Part shown: positions 31,421 through 32,000 of the stretch, in pieces
Layout: each line of letters begins with the position of its first letter
How positions within the stretch are numbered: position 1 is the first letter of the stretch
Sequence record: OZ348804.1
Strand: one strand, 5' to 3'
DNA: 32,000 nucleotides
Position numbers and translations under genes: made by a program
Notes under the pieces: generated by a model
The model's database searches: none
What the model was told of the DNA's origin: nothing
The model's input: the letters and a program-made list of their open reading frames with translations, nothing else

Positions 31421-31549
31421 TTAAAATAATGGGAATGTAAGTGCATCTGGGAAAAAACGGTTTAATTCAATCAAAAGACCTGCAAGAAAGCTAAACCAAA
31501 GTGTAGCAAGTACAGGGGCTGTTGAAAGATAAATTGTAAGATCCTTCAT
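31421..31549 (-). CDS. psaJ: photosystem I subunit IX (PsaJ), 42 aa; absent from the ORF track
   Basis: Hand translation gives [48 protein letters not shown] lies 5 nt upstream of the ATG. Confidence 0.92.
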   Translation of the reverse strand: MKDLTIYLSTAPVLATLWFSFLAGLLIELNRFFPDALTFPLF

Positions 31550-31667
31550 GATACCCTCCTAACAAAAAGAATGTATTTAGATTCTATTCAAATAAAAATT
31601 GAAAAGATCATAAAAATACGGGTGTTTGGATACTACCATTCAGTGATGGCAGAAGAGACAAAAATAA

Positions 31668-31687
31668 GTTTATACAAATGTATAAAC
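31668..31687 (-). terminator. psbI 3' stem-loop (9-bp perfect stem)
   Basis: gtttataca-aa-tgtataaac, 11 nt downstream of the psbI stop. Confidence 0.4.
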
Positions 31688-31697
31688 GTATAAGTTA

Positions 31698-31814
31698 TTA
31701 TTCAAAATCTTTCGAACTTGGGTTACGCCCTGGGTCATTTGAAAGGAACCCAAATACGAAAAGCGAGATGAAGAAGATAACTACTGTGTAAACAAGAATT
31801 TTTAACGTAAGCAT
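31698..31814 (-). CDS. psbI: photosystem II protein I, 38 aa; absent from the ORF track
   Basis: Hand translation gives [38 protein letters not shown], the canonical PsbI pattern (MLTLK...[22 protein letters not shown]). Confidence 0.93.
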   Translation of the reverse strand: MLTLKILVYTVVIFFISLFVFGFLSNDPGRNPSSKDFE

Positions 31815-31878
31815 ACTGTTTTACTTTCTCCAATGAGCGAGGTAAATAAAAGAACACTTCAAGTGTTACTTTTGGCAA

Positions 31879-32000
31879 TTAACGGAAACTTACGGAAGCT
31901 TGCCAAACAAAAGCAAGAAGTAAGAAAAGAACCGGAATAATCGGGAGTACATCCACGAGCGGGTCAAATGGAGCGTACGCTTCCGGTAAACGTCCAAGAA
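31879..32000 (-). CDS. psbK: photosystem II protein K, 3' part; the 5' end lies beyond the window
   Basis: Hand translation gives ...[39 protein letters not shown], the canonical PsbK C-terminus. Confidence 0.9.
   Translation of the reverse strand, partial: LGRLPEAYAPFDPLVDVLPIIPVLFLLLAFVWQASVSFR

Overview
This window is a gene-dense stretch of a green-lineage (chlorophyte-type) plastid genome, and I found no introns in it. The evidence for the lineage is a form IB RbcL ending ...[13 protein letters not shown], and a D1 protein with the short green-type C-terminus, lacking the 7-aa insertion seen in red algae and cyanobacteria. The gene order is rpoC1(partial)-rpoC2-rps2, trnR, psbD/psbC (overlapping), an orphan ORF, rrs-trnI-trnA-rrl-rrf, psbA, psbZ(-), two CAU tRNAs, rpl23-rpl2-rps19-rps3-rpl16-rpl14-rpl5-rps8-infA-rps11-rpoA-rps9, trnL-trnY-trnL, atpI-atpH-atpF-atpA, rps14, trnQ, petA, then on the minus strand petG, rbcL, trnF, psaJ, psbI and psbK(partial). 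Four small genes missing from the ORF track (petG, psaJ, psbI and the psbK 3' end) were recovered by hand translation. Several track ORFs needed their starts trimmed. Nearly every transcription unit is followed by a perfect or near-perfect inverted repeat. I found no CRISPR array, transposon, integrase, defence-like cassette or large repeat. Most of the window is ordinary conserved plastid content. Only a few things remain unexplained: the 273-aa orphan coiled-coil ORF between psbC and the 16S gene, an 85-nt CAU-anticodon tRNA with a class-II-like long variable arm, a GC-rich structured island downstream of petG, and lineage-specific expansions in the RNA polymerase subunits. The organism cannot be named from the sequence alone.
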